From: a virus
Virus record (IMG/VR): IMGVR_UViG_3300021376_000042
Coordinates: 6,790 to 70,789 of that record
Strand: one strand, 5' to 3'
Length of the DNA: 64,000 nucleotides
Shown here: piece after piece, positions 7,383-17,138 of the stretch
Layout of the letters: each line of letters starts with the position of its first letter
How positions within the stretch are numbered: the stretch's first letter is position 1
Notes under the pieces: generated by a model
Database searches by the model: none
Seen by the model: the letters and a program-made list of their open reading frames with translations, nothing else
Told to the model about the DNA's origin: nothing
Program-made: the position numbers and the translations under genes

Positions 7383-7625
7383 ATGACACCATTTGAAATT
7401 CGATTAGAATTAGTTAAGTTGGCAAAGGATATGCTTTCTGAGGAATATCATTCCAAAAGAAACATGGTTGAGCAAGAGTGGAACAATGAAGTTGGTGCTG
7501 CTATAAATGTTAGCAGAGAACCACCAAAGGCTCCGACTTTGCCAAACTATTTCTCAGAGCATGACGTCATTGCAAAGGCAATTAGCCTCAATGAATTCAT
7601 TTCTGGAAATAAGCAGTTCCTGTAA
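7383..7625 (+). CDS. Conserved phage hypothetical protein
   Basis: MTPFEIRLEL.K.AKDML pattern; AAGGAGA SD. Confidence 0.75.
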   Translation: MTPFEIRLELVKLAKDMLSEEYHSKRNMVEQEWNNEVGAAINVSREPPKAPTLPNYFSEHDVIAKAISLNEFISGNKQFL

Positions 7626-7639
7626 GACTCAATAGAGTC

Positions 7640-7672
7640 AGAGGGTGGTGGTGCGAACCACCACTCTTTTCT
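7640..7672 (+). terminator. Rho-independent terminator
   Basis: GTGGTGGT-gcga-ACCACCAC hairpin followed by T tract. Confidence 0.65.
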
Positions 7673-7699
7673 TTCCACTGCAATAATGGAGACCTAAAC

Positions 7700-8326
7700 A
7701 TGAATGCAGTAGATATATTACATCATGTAGAAAAATATTTTGATCGCAATCATAGTTTGTTTTGTATGTGGGGTGGGTTGTTCGCCTTTATCTTTTTTGC
7801 AATGTATGTACCATTCAGTATGGTAGATCGTATGCAAAACAAACTTGAAGCACAACAAAATGCTAACGTGCTTCTACATTCCGAAATTGAAACTCTCAAT
7901 CGCAAAGTTGAGTTTCTAAATCTTTCTTATGAAAGAAAACAAGCAGTCATGAAAGAAGTTGAATGCTTGGCTCGTAACATCTATTACGAAGCAGGATCTG
8001 AGCCACGCGCTGGCAAGATTGCCGTTGCTGAAGTCACAATGAATCGTGTAAAAAGTCGACAGTTCCCAAGAACTGTATGCGGTGTTGTCTATCAAAAGAC
8101 CAAAGGGACTTGTCAATTCTCTTGGGTTTGTGAAGATAAAAAAGGTATTCGCAGTCGTAGTATGTGGCGCGAATCATTGCAGATCGCTGAAAATATTTTG
8201 ATTTCTAAACAGAAGTACGGTATAATAGGTAACGCATTGTATTTCCATGCAGACTACGTTGATCCTGCATGGTCGAATCAAAAGATTTTGATAAAGCAAA
8301 TTGGCAATCACATATTTTATCATTGA
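7700..8326 (+). CDS. Membrane-anchored cell-wall hydrolase (SleB/Hydrolase_2 family)
   Basis: N-terminal TM and coiled coil; CLARNIYYEA.SE, VA.VTMNRV, CQFSW, YFHADYV.P.W, IGNHIFY. Confidence 0.88.
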   Translation: MNAVDILHHVEKYFDRNHSLFCMWGGLFAFIFFAMYVPFSMVDRMQNKLEAQQNANVLLHSEIETLNRKVEFLNLSYERKQAVMKEVECLARNIYYEAGSEPRAGKIAVAEVTMNRVKSRQFPRTVCGVVYQKTKGTCQFSWVCEDKKGIRSRSMWRESLQIAENILISKQKYGIIGNALYFHADYVDPAWSNQKILIKQIGNHIFYH

Positions 8327-8332
8327 GGTTTT

Positions 8333-9358
8333 ATGAGAATTATTGAAGACGTGAAGTTAGATTACAAGGATGTTCTCATTACACCTAAACGATCTACTCT
8401 TGCTTCGCGCAGTGAAGTTTCTCTTGAGAGAAAATTTAAATTCAAACATGGCGGTGAGTGGTCTGGCGTTCCAATTATTGCTGCTAACATGGATGGAGTT
8501 GGCACCTTTGAGATGGCTGAGGAACTCAACAAGCATAAGTGTTTAGTTGCTGTCACCAAACATTATCCTGAACATGATTTGATCAATCATTTCGCATTGA
8601 GATTACATAGCAGCATTTATTCCTTGGGTATCTCAGATGCTGATCTGCAGAAGTTCGATAATGTCTACTACTCTGCTGTTCTTCATCAAACTATGAAAGT
8701 TTGTGTTGATGTTGCGAATGGATATACACAAGCATTTGTTGATTTCGTTTCACGATTTCGCGACAAGTATCCATCAGCAATACTGATGGCTGGTAATGTT
8801 GTCACACCAGAAATGACAGAGGAATTAATTCTATCTGGTGTCGACATCGTGAAAGTTGGCATTGGTCCTGGCTCTGTGTGCACAACACGCAAGATGACGG
8901 GGATCGGCTACCCGCAGTTGAGTGCAGTAATTGAATGCGCTGACGCTGCTCATGGTCTCAAGGGTCATATCATAGCGGATGGAGGGTGTTCCGTTCCTGG
9001 AGACATTGTGAAAGCATTTGCTGCGGGTGCCGATTTTGTGATGCTTGGTGGAATGTTGGCTGGTCACAAGGAAGGTGGCGCATCTTCATTCGGTGACAAT
9101 AAGTTCTATGGTATGAGTTCAGATACCGCCATGGATCTTCATAATGGTGGTGTGGCTAACTATCGAGCAAGCGAAGGTAAGACAGTTGAGATTCCATATC
9201 GTGGAGAAGTAAGCAGAACACTACAAGATATTCTTGGTGGTCTGCGTTCGGCATGTACTTATGTTGGAGCGAGTGAATTGAAAGAGTTGAGTAAGCGAAC
9301 TACCTTTGTTCGTGTTACACAACAATTGAATAATTCCTTGAGTGCTTATGAGATCTAA
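8333..9358 (+). CDS. guaC: GMP reductase
   Basis: [46 protein letters not shown]. Confidence 0.93.
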   Translation: MRIIEDVKLDYKDVLITPKRSTLASRSEVSLERKFKFKHGGEWSGVPIIAANMDGVGTFEMAEELNKHKCLVAVTKHYPEHDLINHFALRLHSSIYSLGISDADLQKFDNVYYSAVLHQTMKVCVDVANGYTQAFVDFVSRFRDKYPSAILMAGNVVTPEMTEELILSGVDIVKVGIGPGSVCTTRKMTGIGYPQLSAVIECADAAHGLKGHIIADGGCSVPGDIVKAFAAGADFVMLGGMLAGHKEGGASSFGDNKFYGMSSDTAMDLHNGGVANYRASEGKTVEIPYRGEVSRTLQDILGGLRSACTYVGASELKELSKRTTFVRVTQQLNNSLSAYEI

Positions 9359-9359
9359 C

Positions 9360-9581
9360 ATGGCAAATCGCGAAGAAAAAAATAAATTTTCCATGATGAT
9401 CATGAATATGGCAATTGATGAAAGAATTGATCATATGGATGCAATCGCCACATACTGCGAGCGTAATAATCTCGAGATTGAAGTTGCTGCGACGCTTATC
9501 AATGAAGCCCTCAAAAGTATAATTGAAGGTGAGGCAATGGAATTGCGTTTTCTCCCACGAGGTAGTAGATTGCCTTTATGA
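9360..9581 (+). CDS. gp33: Late-transcription coactivator gp33
   Basis: MDAI..YCE.N..EIE..A.LI...LK..IE.EA..L.FL; upstream of gp59. Confidence 0.85.
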   Translation: MANREEKNKFSMMIMNMAIDERIDHMDAIATYCERNNLEIEVAATLINEALKSIIEGEAMELRFLPRGSRLPL

Positions 9582-10168
9582 ATGGATATGATCTGTACGG
9601 ATTGTATCAAGCAATAAAACTGCACTTCACATCCGAGACATACAATTTTTTTCAATACGACGGCAAGACAAGGATATCAGTCGATGCGTTTCAGAAACGT
9701 CGTGACAAGTTTTTGTTCCACCGTCTTGCGCGCAAGTATCGCGACGATGAGATGATTCCATTTTTGGTTGCTAATTTTGTACACAGTGATGATAAATTCA
9801 CCAAAACTCTTTTGGAAGAAGAATCAGAGGAAATCTTCAGAAACTGGAAAAAAATAACTGATTCTATGAGTAAAGTTTACCAAGAAGACCTTATTCATAT
9901 ATGTCCAGATGCAACCCAATTTAACGATTTATTCAAGGTTATTGATGGGCAATTCCCAAAACTTTTAAACCTTTATATGCAGAAAGAAGTTACCGTTGAA
10001 ACAATGGTAATTTTAAATAACCTTTTTAATTATATTGCAATCTGGGATAAAAAAATATCTGATGATATTATATACCCAAAAATATCTCGCAAGATTCGGA
10101 AGTATGGTGCCTTTCTTTCTGTTAACACAGAAAAATATAAGGAGTTGACGAAAAATTTGTATAAATAG
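9578..10168 (+). CDS. gp59: Helicase loader gp59
   Basis: Y..Y.AIKLHFT...Y.FF.Y.GK, F.KRRDKF.F; synteny 33-59-32. Confidence 0.88.
   Translation: MNGYDLYGLYQAIKLHFTSETYNFFQYDGKTRISVDAFQKRRDKFLFHRLARKYRDDEMIPFLVANFVHSDDKFTKTLLEEESEEIFRNWKKITDSMSKVYQEDLIHICPDATQFNDLFKVIDGQFPKLLNLYMQKEVTVETMVILNNLFNYIAIWDKKISDDIIYPKISRKIRKYGAFLSVNTEKYKELTKNLYK
10160..10167 (+). promoter_or_regulatory. T4-type late promoter for the homing endonuclease
   Basis: TATAAATA overlapping the gp59 stop codon. Confidence 0.75.
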
Positions 10169-10228
10169 AAGTGCAGGTCGCGATGCTGGAAACATCCACC
10201 TGCTCTAATGCTAAAGAGGAGCACCAGC

Positions 10229-10774
10229 ATGTCTATTTATTACATCTACGCATACATTCGTTCATCGGATGGAACCCCATATTATATCGGCAAAGGATCG
10301 GGCAATCGTGCTTGGTCGAATCATGGTGTAAATTTACCAAAAGATTATTCTAGAATAATAATTATGGAATCTGGTTTAACTGAACTCGGTGCATTTGCTT
10401 TAGAACGAAGATATATCAGATGGTATGGGCGCAAAAACAATGGAACTGGTATTCTTCGAAATATGACTGATGGTGGCGAAGGAACTAGTGGATGCATATA
10501 CACAGAAGAATCAAGAAACAAAATTGCTGCAGCAAATAGAAAGCGTAAACAATCTGAAGAAACTCGTAAAAAAATCAGTGAAGCAAGAAAAAAACAATCA
10601 GCACCGTTCCAAGGAAAAACTCATTCTATCGATTCTAAGATTAAAATAGGTAATTCTTGCAGTCAGCGAATGAGGGGGAAGGAAAAAACCGAAGAACACA
10701 AACGCAAAATTGGTGAAGTCATGAAAATTGTTAGGAAACAAAAGGCTTTACTTTTGAAACAGAATACTATATAA
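10229..10774 (+). mobile_element. Free-standing GIY-YIG homing endonuclease with NUMOD3-type repeats (seg-like)
   Basis: YYIYAY..PYYIGKG..RA, E...[15 protein letters not shown], repeated S/TEE..RKIS motifs; GAGGAG SD. Confidence 0.85.
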
Positions 10775-10775
10775 T
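10747..10775 (+). promoter_or_regulatory. Sigma70-type promoter for gp32
   Basis: TTTACT-17 nt-TATAAT. Confidence 0.6.
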
Positions 10776-10861
10776 TATATTATGATGAGACAAGTGAAAC
10801 ATCATGCAAAAAGTGGACAAGTCGATATACAATTTATACAACGCAATACGGAGTAATACAT

Positions 10862-11755
10862 ATGACGCTATCTAGTCTAAAGAAGGGTTCATCCCTTGAT
10901 AAGTTGAAGAAGGCAGTCGAAGCCTCTTCAGCAGGTGCTGGTGCCAAGAGTTCTGATGATCGTTTTTGGCAACCAGAAGTAGATTCTGCTGGCAACGGAT
11001 ACGCAGTTATCCGCTTCCTCGATACACCAGCAGTTGACGGTGAAGATGGTCTTCCTTGGGTACAAATCTGGAATCATGGTTTTCAAGGTCCAGGTGGTTG
11101 GTACATCGAGAACTCTCTCACCACTCTCGGCAAAACTGATCCTGTTTCTGAATACAACACTGTTCTTTGGAACAGCGGCATCGAAGCCAACAAGGAAATC
11201 GCACGTAAGCAAAAGCGTAGGCTGACTTACATTGCAAATATTCTTGTGGTCTCTGATCCGAAGCGTCCTCAGAATGAAGGTAAGGTTTTCCTTTACAAAT
11301 TTGGCAAGAAGATTTTTGATAAGATCAAAGAAAAACTTGAGCCGCAGTTCGAGGATGAGAAGCCATTGAATCCTTTCGATTTTTGGAAGGGTGCAAACTT
11401 TAAGGTCAAGATTCGTAACGTCGAAGGCTATCGCAACTATGACAAGTCGGAGTTTGATACTGCCGCTGCATTGTTCGAAGGTGATGATGCGAAGATTGAA
11501 AAGGTTTGGAAGTCTGCATATTCACTCAAGGATTTTTTGAAGCCTGAAAACTTCAAGTCCTATGATGAACTCAAGGCAAAGTTGAACAAGGTGCTAGGTG
11601 CTGGTGGTGTTGCTGGTGCAACAGCCAAGCAAGTTGAAGAAGAGGAAGCCGCTGCTCCTGTGATTCGCTCTGCTCCTGCCAAGAAAGTCACTGCTGAAGA
11701 TGTCAGTGCTGACGATGATGACATGGCATTTTTTGAAAAACTTGCCGCTGAGTAA
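10862..11755 (+). CDS. gp32: Single-stranded DNA-binding protein gp32
   Basis: DDRFW, GNGYAVIRFL, WYIENSLTTLG, FGKKIFDKI, YRNYDKSEF, acidic C-tail. Confidence 0.95.
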   Translation: MTLSSLKKGSSLDKLKKAVEASSAGAGAKSSDDRFWQPEVDSAGNGYAVIRFLDTPAVDGEDGLPWVQIWNHGFQGPGGWYIENSLTTLGKTDPVSEYNTVLWNSGIEANKEIARKQKRRLTYIANILVVSDPKRPQNEGKVFLYKFGKKIFDKIKEKLEPQFEDEKPLNPFDFWKGANFKVKIRNVEGYRNYDKSEFDTAAALFEGDDAKIEKVWKSAYSLKDFLKPENFKSYDELKAKLNKVLGAGGVAGATAKQVEEEEAAAPVIRSAPAKKVTAEDVSADDDDMAFFEKLAAE

Positions 11756-11783
11756 ATTCAGTTAGAAAACCGTAGATGTTTTC

Positions 11784-11810
11784 AGGCGCACTTCGGTGCG
11801 CCTTTTTTTT
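11784..11810 (+). terminator. Terminator with cUUCGg tetraloop between convergent genes
   Basis: AGGCGCAC-TTCG-GTGCGCCT followed by a T run. Confidence 0.88.
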
Positions 11811-14800
11811 ACATCACACCAACAGAAGTAAATGCCGACGGGTGCGAGAAGTCGCGAGCAAGAGCACGATTGAACGAATTATCATTTGAGCGTGCAGATG
11901 CTTTCGGTAAATTTTGTTTCGGTGGCGTCGTTGGTTGCTGAGATCCGCCACCAGAATTATTCACAACAACTGGTGCTGGTGCTGCTTGCATTGCTATTTG
12001 ATTTGCTGCTTGTTGCGTAGACTGTTGTGTTGCTATAGCACCAAGAGTATCTTGCGTTGGTGTAATTGTTGGACCGTATGATTGTTTTGCGGCGACCATC
12101 GGCTTTGAGTCAACTGCAGTTCCATCTGACATTGTTGCTAGTGGATCAGAAGATGCTACAGACGGAGTTGCTGCTGGTGCAGATGCACCTTTACTAGATG
12201 CATCAGCTGCTTGCATTGTCCCAGCTGGTGGTGCACTACCACCACCGCCGCCACCAACTTTAGCATCTTGACCCTGCGCAGCCAATGATGGTTCTGGCTC
12301 AGGACCACCAGCTGCAGCTGGTGTTGCTTCTGGACCTGCTTTCAATGCATTTGGATCTTTCATATAAGATGCGAATAACGATTCTCTATGAGATAACCCA
12401 ATAGATCCACCATTGATTGCTTTAGTTGCTTTAGCAGTGTCTTCACCAGGAATTCCTTTATCCATGACATTCTTTTTATAAAATGCAGCTGCGATATCTG
12501 CAGCTGTCCCTAAACTGCCAGCCATATCAGGATTGCTGACTAGATCAACTCCAGCAAGCTGACCGAATCGCTTGTAGTTGTCTTTGCCTGTTAATTGAAT
12601 TAATCCGCGACCACGATATTTGTATCCATCACCCGACTCTGGTGGTCCATTACCCATACGATTTGCGTAAACTCTATTAGCAATAGCAATAGGCGAATAT
12701 TCTTCAAGTGCAGCGATTGCGGGATCTTTATAATACTTTGGAAATATCTCCATCAATCGTTTTGCAGAATAACGAAGATTTTCTTCTACAGTTTTAAATC
12801 CACCAGACTCATGATCGAGCTGTGCCATAAATTGCGCTAAATGTGGACCAGTAATTCCATATTTTGCTGCTGATGCAAGCGCAGCATTTTTAGCAGCGCC
12901 AGAATCAACTTTACCTCTTTTTGCAGCTGCAGGTCCTAAACGTCTAGTTGGTCCGCTACTCGTTGCGACTGGTGATGCTGATGGCGCTGATGTTGCTGCT
13001 CCACCACCTGCTGCCATTGCTGGTTCTTTTGCTGCTTGAATTGCTGCAGCAGGTCCCGTCGGTGGCGGTGGCGCTGCAGCACCACCTGATGATGCAGTAG
13101 CAGTCATTCCCGCAGCTGTTCCAGCAGCACCTGCAGTAGCAGCACCTGCTACAGTTTGCGGTTGTCCAGATAACATATTTCTCAGACCTTCGCTGCCAGC
13201 ACCACTCATTGTTGCGCTTATACGTTCGGTCTCAACACCACCACCGCCACCAACAGGAGCGGTAGGCTTAGATTTTTTCCAATTAGATGGCGGATTACTG
13301 AGAATCTCATTTACTTGATTACGATATTCTTCTGGAACTTGCTGTATAGTTTGTTTACCAATAAACACACTGTATGCATAATCTTTAGCAAGTTTACTTG
13401 GAGTATTTGCTGCTAATTCTTTTTCGGCATCGCTCAATGCAGAAAATTCTTTCCATAATTGATAGATATCGTAAGCAGTGCTCAAGGCAAAACCAATTGA
13501 TACTGCAGCTGCAACCCAACCAGCAATAGGAATAGTCGCTAAAGCACCTGCTGATGCCAAACGAGCTCCTATCTTTAACATTAATTTTGGTGCACGTTTT
13601 TCTAGAAACTTTACAAACAAACCCCATACTTTATTTGTTGCAGCTTTTGCTACTTTTTTAACAGGTGCAGCTTTTTTTGATGCTACTGCAGTAACTTTCT
13701 TTACTGGCGCAGTTTTTGCAATTTTTTCTGCCACCTTAACGCCAGTATATGCTCCAATACCAGCTCCAGCAACACTAGCAACCTCAGCACCTGCTTGCAT
13801 AGCAACATCTTTTTTCTGTAATCCGATTTGCGTTTTGAGCGCTTCAGTGTATTCAGTGCCGCCAGCTTCTCGAGCAGCAATGGCTTCTTGTTTTAATGCT
13901 TCTGGGTCATAAGTATTAATATCCTTATCTCTAAATGCATCAACTGCCTTGTAAGCCAAGTAACCACCAGCTGCTGCACCCAATCCACCTGCTAGCAGCT
14001 TTCCTGCGCCAAATTCACCACTTTTGGCAAATCTTCCTTTCGCATCACGTGGTTGATCTACACCAAAACGACTTCTGTTTGCCGCTAATGTTCTTGCTAA
14101 TTTTTTTGAAGATGTGTCTTTAGTTGTTGGACCTTTAGTTGTCAATTTTCTGGTCGGCGTCTTTGTTTTTGGTCCACGTCTCCCAAGAAGACCGCCGCCT
14201 AATCCAAGTAGATCGCCTAATCCAAATCCAAAACCACCGCCGCCTCCCTCAATTTGATCAAGCAATTCATCAAGTTTTTCATGAACTGTTTTTCCAGTAT
14301 TATCTTCGCCAACTATTTCAACTATTTTTTCGCGTAAGAGTGTTAATGGATCTTCATCTGCACCAATGGCTTTTGTCAAGCGATCGCTTCTTTCTTTTCT
14401 CTTTGTTGCTTCATCTTCTGATGCAAATCGACCAGTGCGAACATTACGAATTCCACCCATTGCACCAATTCGCTCATCAAAATAGTAACCTTTCTTTAGA
14501 GAGATTTGTTCTGATTTGGGTGTTGAAATCTCAGAAGGTTGTATTGGCATTCTTTTTCTGCCAACCAAATTGCTTATATCTTTAATTTGTTTAGTCTTTA
14601 ACGAGCTCTTATCTTTCGATTTATTTTGAAATTTCTTTAAAAATTTTTCAGCAGACTCAACTTTTGAAGGATCTTCTTTAGCAAAAATATTCGCCAATGC
14701 CTGACCAACTTCATCGCTAAAAATACCCATCAACAAACCAGATTGTAGTCCTTTTGTCTTTTTTCTGGCTGTGTAAAATAGATCACGAACCTCAGCTTCG

Positions 14801-14931
14801 CGTTTTTTGGCTTCTTGTGGATCGGTAACACCTTTTGTTTCCGATTTAATTGCCCTTTCTAATTCTGTTAGACCAACTTCAAGTTTCTTTTTTGCCTTAG
14901 AAACTCTTCCGCTGACTTTCATTGTTGCCAT
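11809..14931 (-). CDS. Tape-measure/baseplate hub-like protein with a glycoside hydrolase family 19 (lysozyme/chitinase-like) domain
   Basis: Helical Ala/Gly-rich with hydrophobic segments; AQFMAQLDHESGGF, YRGRGLIQLTGKDNY, TKAINGG; downstream of gp26/gp51. Confidence 0.72.
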   Translation of the reverse strand: MATMKVSGRVSKAKKKLEVGLTELERAIKSETKGVTDPQEAKKREAEVRDLFYTARKKTKGLQSGLLMGIFSDEVGQALANIFAKEDPSKVESAEKFLKKFQNKSKDKSSLKTKQIKDISNLVGRKRMPIQPSEISTPKSEQISLKKGYYFDERIGAMGGIRNVRTGRFASEDEATKRKERSDRLTKAIGADEDPLTLLREKIVEIVGEDNTGKTVHEKLDELLDQIEGGGGGFGFGLGDLLGLGGGLLGRRGPKTKTPTRKLTTKGPTTKDTSSKKLARTLAANRSRFGVDQPRDAKGRFAKSGEFGAGKLLAGGLGAAAGGYLAYKAVDAFRDKDINTYDPEALKQEAIAAREAGGTEYTEALKTQIGLQKKDVAMQAGAEVASVAGAGIGAYTGVKVAEKIAKTAPVKKVTAVASKKAAPVKKVAKAATNKVWGLFVKFLEKRAPKLMLKIGARLASAGALATIPIAGWVAAAVSIGFALSTAYDIYQLWKEFSALSDAEKELAANTPSKLAKDYAYSVFIGKQTIQQVPEEYRNQVNEILSNPPSNWKKSKPTAPVGGGGGVETERISATMSGAGSEGLRNMLSGQPQTVAGAATAGAAGTAAGMTATASSGGAAAPPPPTGPAAAIQAAKEPAMAAGGGAATSAPSASPVATSSGPTRRLGPAAAKRGKVDSGAAKNAALASAAKYGITGPHLAQFMAQLDHESGGFKTVEENLRYSAKRLMEIFPKYYKDPAIAALEEYSPIAIANRVYANRMGNGPPESGDGYKYRGRGLIQLTGKDNYKRFGQLAGVDLVSNPDMAGSLGTAADIAAAFYKKNVMDKGIPGEDTAKATKAINGGSIGLSHRESLFASYMKDPNALKAGPEATPAAAGGPEPEPSLAAQGQDAKVGGGGGGSAPPAGTMQAADASSKGASAPAATPSVASSDPLATMSDGTAVDSKPMVAAKQSYGPTITPTQDTLGAIATQQSTQQAANQIAMQAAPAPVVVNNSGGGSQQPTTPPKQNLPKASARSNDNSFNRALARDFSHPSAFTSVGVM

Positions 14932-14934
14932 TTA

Positions 14935-15129
14935 TTATGACCTTCTTCTCTGTAACATTGCCAGTTTCATCTGTTCATTTTGTTCTTTGATGAACGAAAC
15001 TAACATAGAAACGTAAATCCGTTTTTCCCATGGTATTAAATTATCCAATTCAGTCAATGAATACTTGTGATGATGCATTAGCGTAAAATTTGTTTCAAAA
15101 TAATTTTTCAAAGACTCATAACCAAACAT
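14935..15129 (-). CDS. gp51: Baseplate hub assembly protein gp51-like
   Basis: Y..NF.LM.HHKYSLTEL.N.IPWE..IY..ML; follows gp26. Confidence 0.8.
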   Translation of the reverse strand: MFGYESLKNYFETNFTLMHHHKYSLTELDNLIPWEKRIYVSMLVSFIKEQNEQMKLAMLQRRRS

Positions 15130-15845
15130 TACTCGAAAAAATTTAGAATGCCCTCCACATTAACATGATGATTATAGCCACATTTTGCACATTGTATATC
15201 TTGGTCAAGCACAACAGTTGGTGTCGTCAAAAAGAATAATTTTACTTTTCGTATTTGATCTAAAGTTAAAGATTCAAAAAAGTCTCTTAATTCTTCTTTA
15301 GGCGTTTCATCTGCTTTATACAAATCATCGTCATCGTAAATATAATCAACATAATTTACAATTAATTCAAATCCACCATCATCAGTTTCATTTAAAACTT
15401 CTGGTGGTAACTGTAGAGTTGGATATTTAAATACAACACCAACTTTATCTGTTAGTCTTACATTTTTATCATGATCCTCTGGAATCTGATACTTAATGTT
15501 CTTTAAATGTAAATCAAATTCGGTAATATGTCCGCATGTATTTCCTTCGACGACATTGTCGCAAGTAAAATTCATTTGCACATTTTCGCCGACTGAATTA
15601 ATTCTTAAATTAATAAAAATCATTTCTATGTCGAATACTGGAAGAGATTCAACGTCAATCTCTTCCATACAGCAATTTTGAATAATCTGTTTCATAGTTT
15701 TGAACACATCATTCAAATCATCAGATTCTTTAGCCATTAGAAGAAGTTTTTCTTCTTTCACTAAGAATGGACGAAACTTTAATTTACGATCAATAGAATT
15801 TAATTGAACTTCAAACACAGGATGATCAAGTTTTGGCAAAGGCAT
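15129..15845 (-). CDS. gp26: Baseplate hub subunit gp26
   Basis: MPLPK, FRPFLVKEEK.LL, DIE.IF.NLR..SVGE, C-terminal C..C...EG..NFF. Confidence 0.88.
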   Translation of the reverse strand: MPLPKLDHPVFEVQLNSIDRKLKFRPFLVKEEKLLLMAKESDDLNDVFKTMKQIIQNCCMEEIDVESLPVFDIEMIFINLRINSVGENVQMNFTCDNVVEGNTCGHITEFDLHLKNIKYQIPEDHDKNVRLTDKVGVVFKYPTLQLPPEVLNETDDGGFELIVNYVDYIYDDDDLYKADETPKEELRDFFESLTLDQIRKVKLFFLTTPTVVLDQDIQCAKCGYNHHVNVEGILNFFE

Positions 15846-15864
15846 AATTTACTCCATATTAAGA

Positions 15865-16590
15865 TTATCTTCCACCAGGTCTTAAACCTGCAGCAAATAG
15901 ACCAAGCAATGGTGGTGATGTTATTGGTTTAATTCCAGATGTTCGACTACCACTTCCAGGTTTAAATGAATTTCCACCAGCACCTTGTGGGTTTGTGGGT
16001 TGCGCTGGCGTAGCAGGTTTAGTTGGTGCTCCAGCGGCGGTTTGTTGATTCAATCCAAATTTTTCAGTATTATTTGTTGACCAATAGTCATACTTAAAGG
16101 TGACTGACAGTTTATGAATACCATCATCACCCCAATTTAGTGTGAGTGGAGATAATGTTATTGGAAATGCGTTCCACAAAGAAACAATGTATGATGGTTC
16201 ACCAGTCTCATAAAACTGTGTGACATTAATTTTAGCAACATATTCGTTTTTATAACGCAATTCATATCTATTAATTGGTACTATTAGATTCATCCAGTAA
16301 TCAAATAGTTTCTTTTCCCATAAATCGCCTGCACATATGAAGGTAAGCGTAACATCATTAAATGAGGCGAAAGAAGCTGCAGGTGCAGGAACACCATATA
16401 TCTTAGCATCTACTGTGTTGATATTGTATCCTGGAAGTTCTGCAGCTTCACATTGAAATCTCAGTTCTTTAAAATCAACATCACTTGCTACAAAACCAGA
16501 TGGCTTCGAGATTTCAACATGAAATTTAGAAACCTTTGCAAAGTCTTTGTGTTTTGCAAAATTACTTAAAAAGTCATCTGGTTTAAACAT
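15865..16590 (-). CDS. gp54: Tail-tube initiator gp54-like (gp19 fold)
   Basis: CEAAELPG, AFPI.L, L.WG..., LSVTF.YDYW; synteny. Confidence 0.7.
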   Translation of the reverse strand: MFKPDDFLSNFAKHKDFAKVSKFHVEISKPSGFVASDVDFKELRFQCEAAELPGYNINTVDAKIYGVPAPAASFASFNDVTLTFICAGDLWEKKLFDYWMNLIVPINRYELRYKNEYVAKINVTQFYETGEPSYIVSLWNAFPITLSPLTLNWGDDGIHKLSVTFKYDYWSTNNTEKFGLNQQTAAGAPTKPATPAQPTNPQGAGGNSFKPGSGSRTSGIKPITSPPLLGLFAAGLRPGGR

Positions 16591-17138
16591 TAGGTCTTAT
16601 ACACCATTTTTTGTACAGGTAGGAAGATTGCAGTCTCCCAGTTATCGGGTTCAATATAGATAATCGAAGACATAATATGAGAAAACAGATATCGCTTAAC
16701 ACAAGGTTCAATAAGTTTGTATCTTCGCGATTTAGATAATAAACTATAAGCCAAATTAAATCTTGTGGTATTGTTATATTTATCGTTGTTTATGAAATCA
16801 TGTAGTCTGTCAAGCAGAGCCAAACGATTATATGGATCAAGATAGTGTAAATTTAATCCTGAAAAACCATCTGAATAGATATCCATTGGTATAACTAACG
16901 GATACATATCCCAGACTGGCAAGGTATCCTTGTATTTCGGATCATATTTGTATATGAACATTCTTCCTATAAACACATTAGATGAAATACGATTTGGATC
17001 ATTTAGAATATTACTACGATTTGTCGGAATGCGCGTTTTAGAAATTTTATCTAACAACCAAGATCTGGCTGTATCTGTTCTTGGTCGAATGCCAGCGGCA
17101 TTCATCTGTTTATTGAATTTATCAAATAGCGATGGCAT
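16590..17138 (-). CDS. gp2: DNA end protector gp2
   Basis: YDPKYK..LP.WD.YPL, F.GLNLHYL, PCVKRYL..H. Confidence 0.9.
   Translation of the reverse strand: MPSLFDKFNKQMNAAGIRPRTDTARSWLLDKISKTRIPTNRSNILNDPNRISSNVFIGRMFIYKYDPKYKDTLPVWDMYPLVIPMDIYSDGFSGLNLHYLDPYNRLALLDRLHDFINNDKYNNTTRFNLAYSLLSKSRRYKLIEPCVKRYLFSHIMSSIIYIEPDNWETAIFLPVQKMVYKT

Noticed and set aside
13394-15016. Overlapping alternative-frame ORFs within the tape-measure-like gene, and similar short ORFs across the structural genes
   Set aside because: Shadow frames arising from codon bias and repeats; no SD or protein motifs
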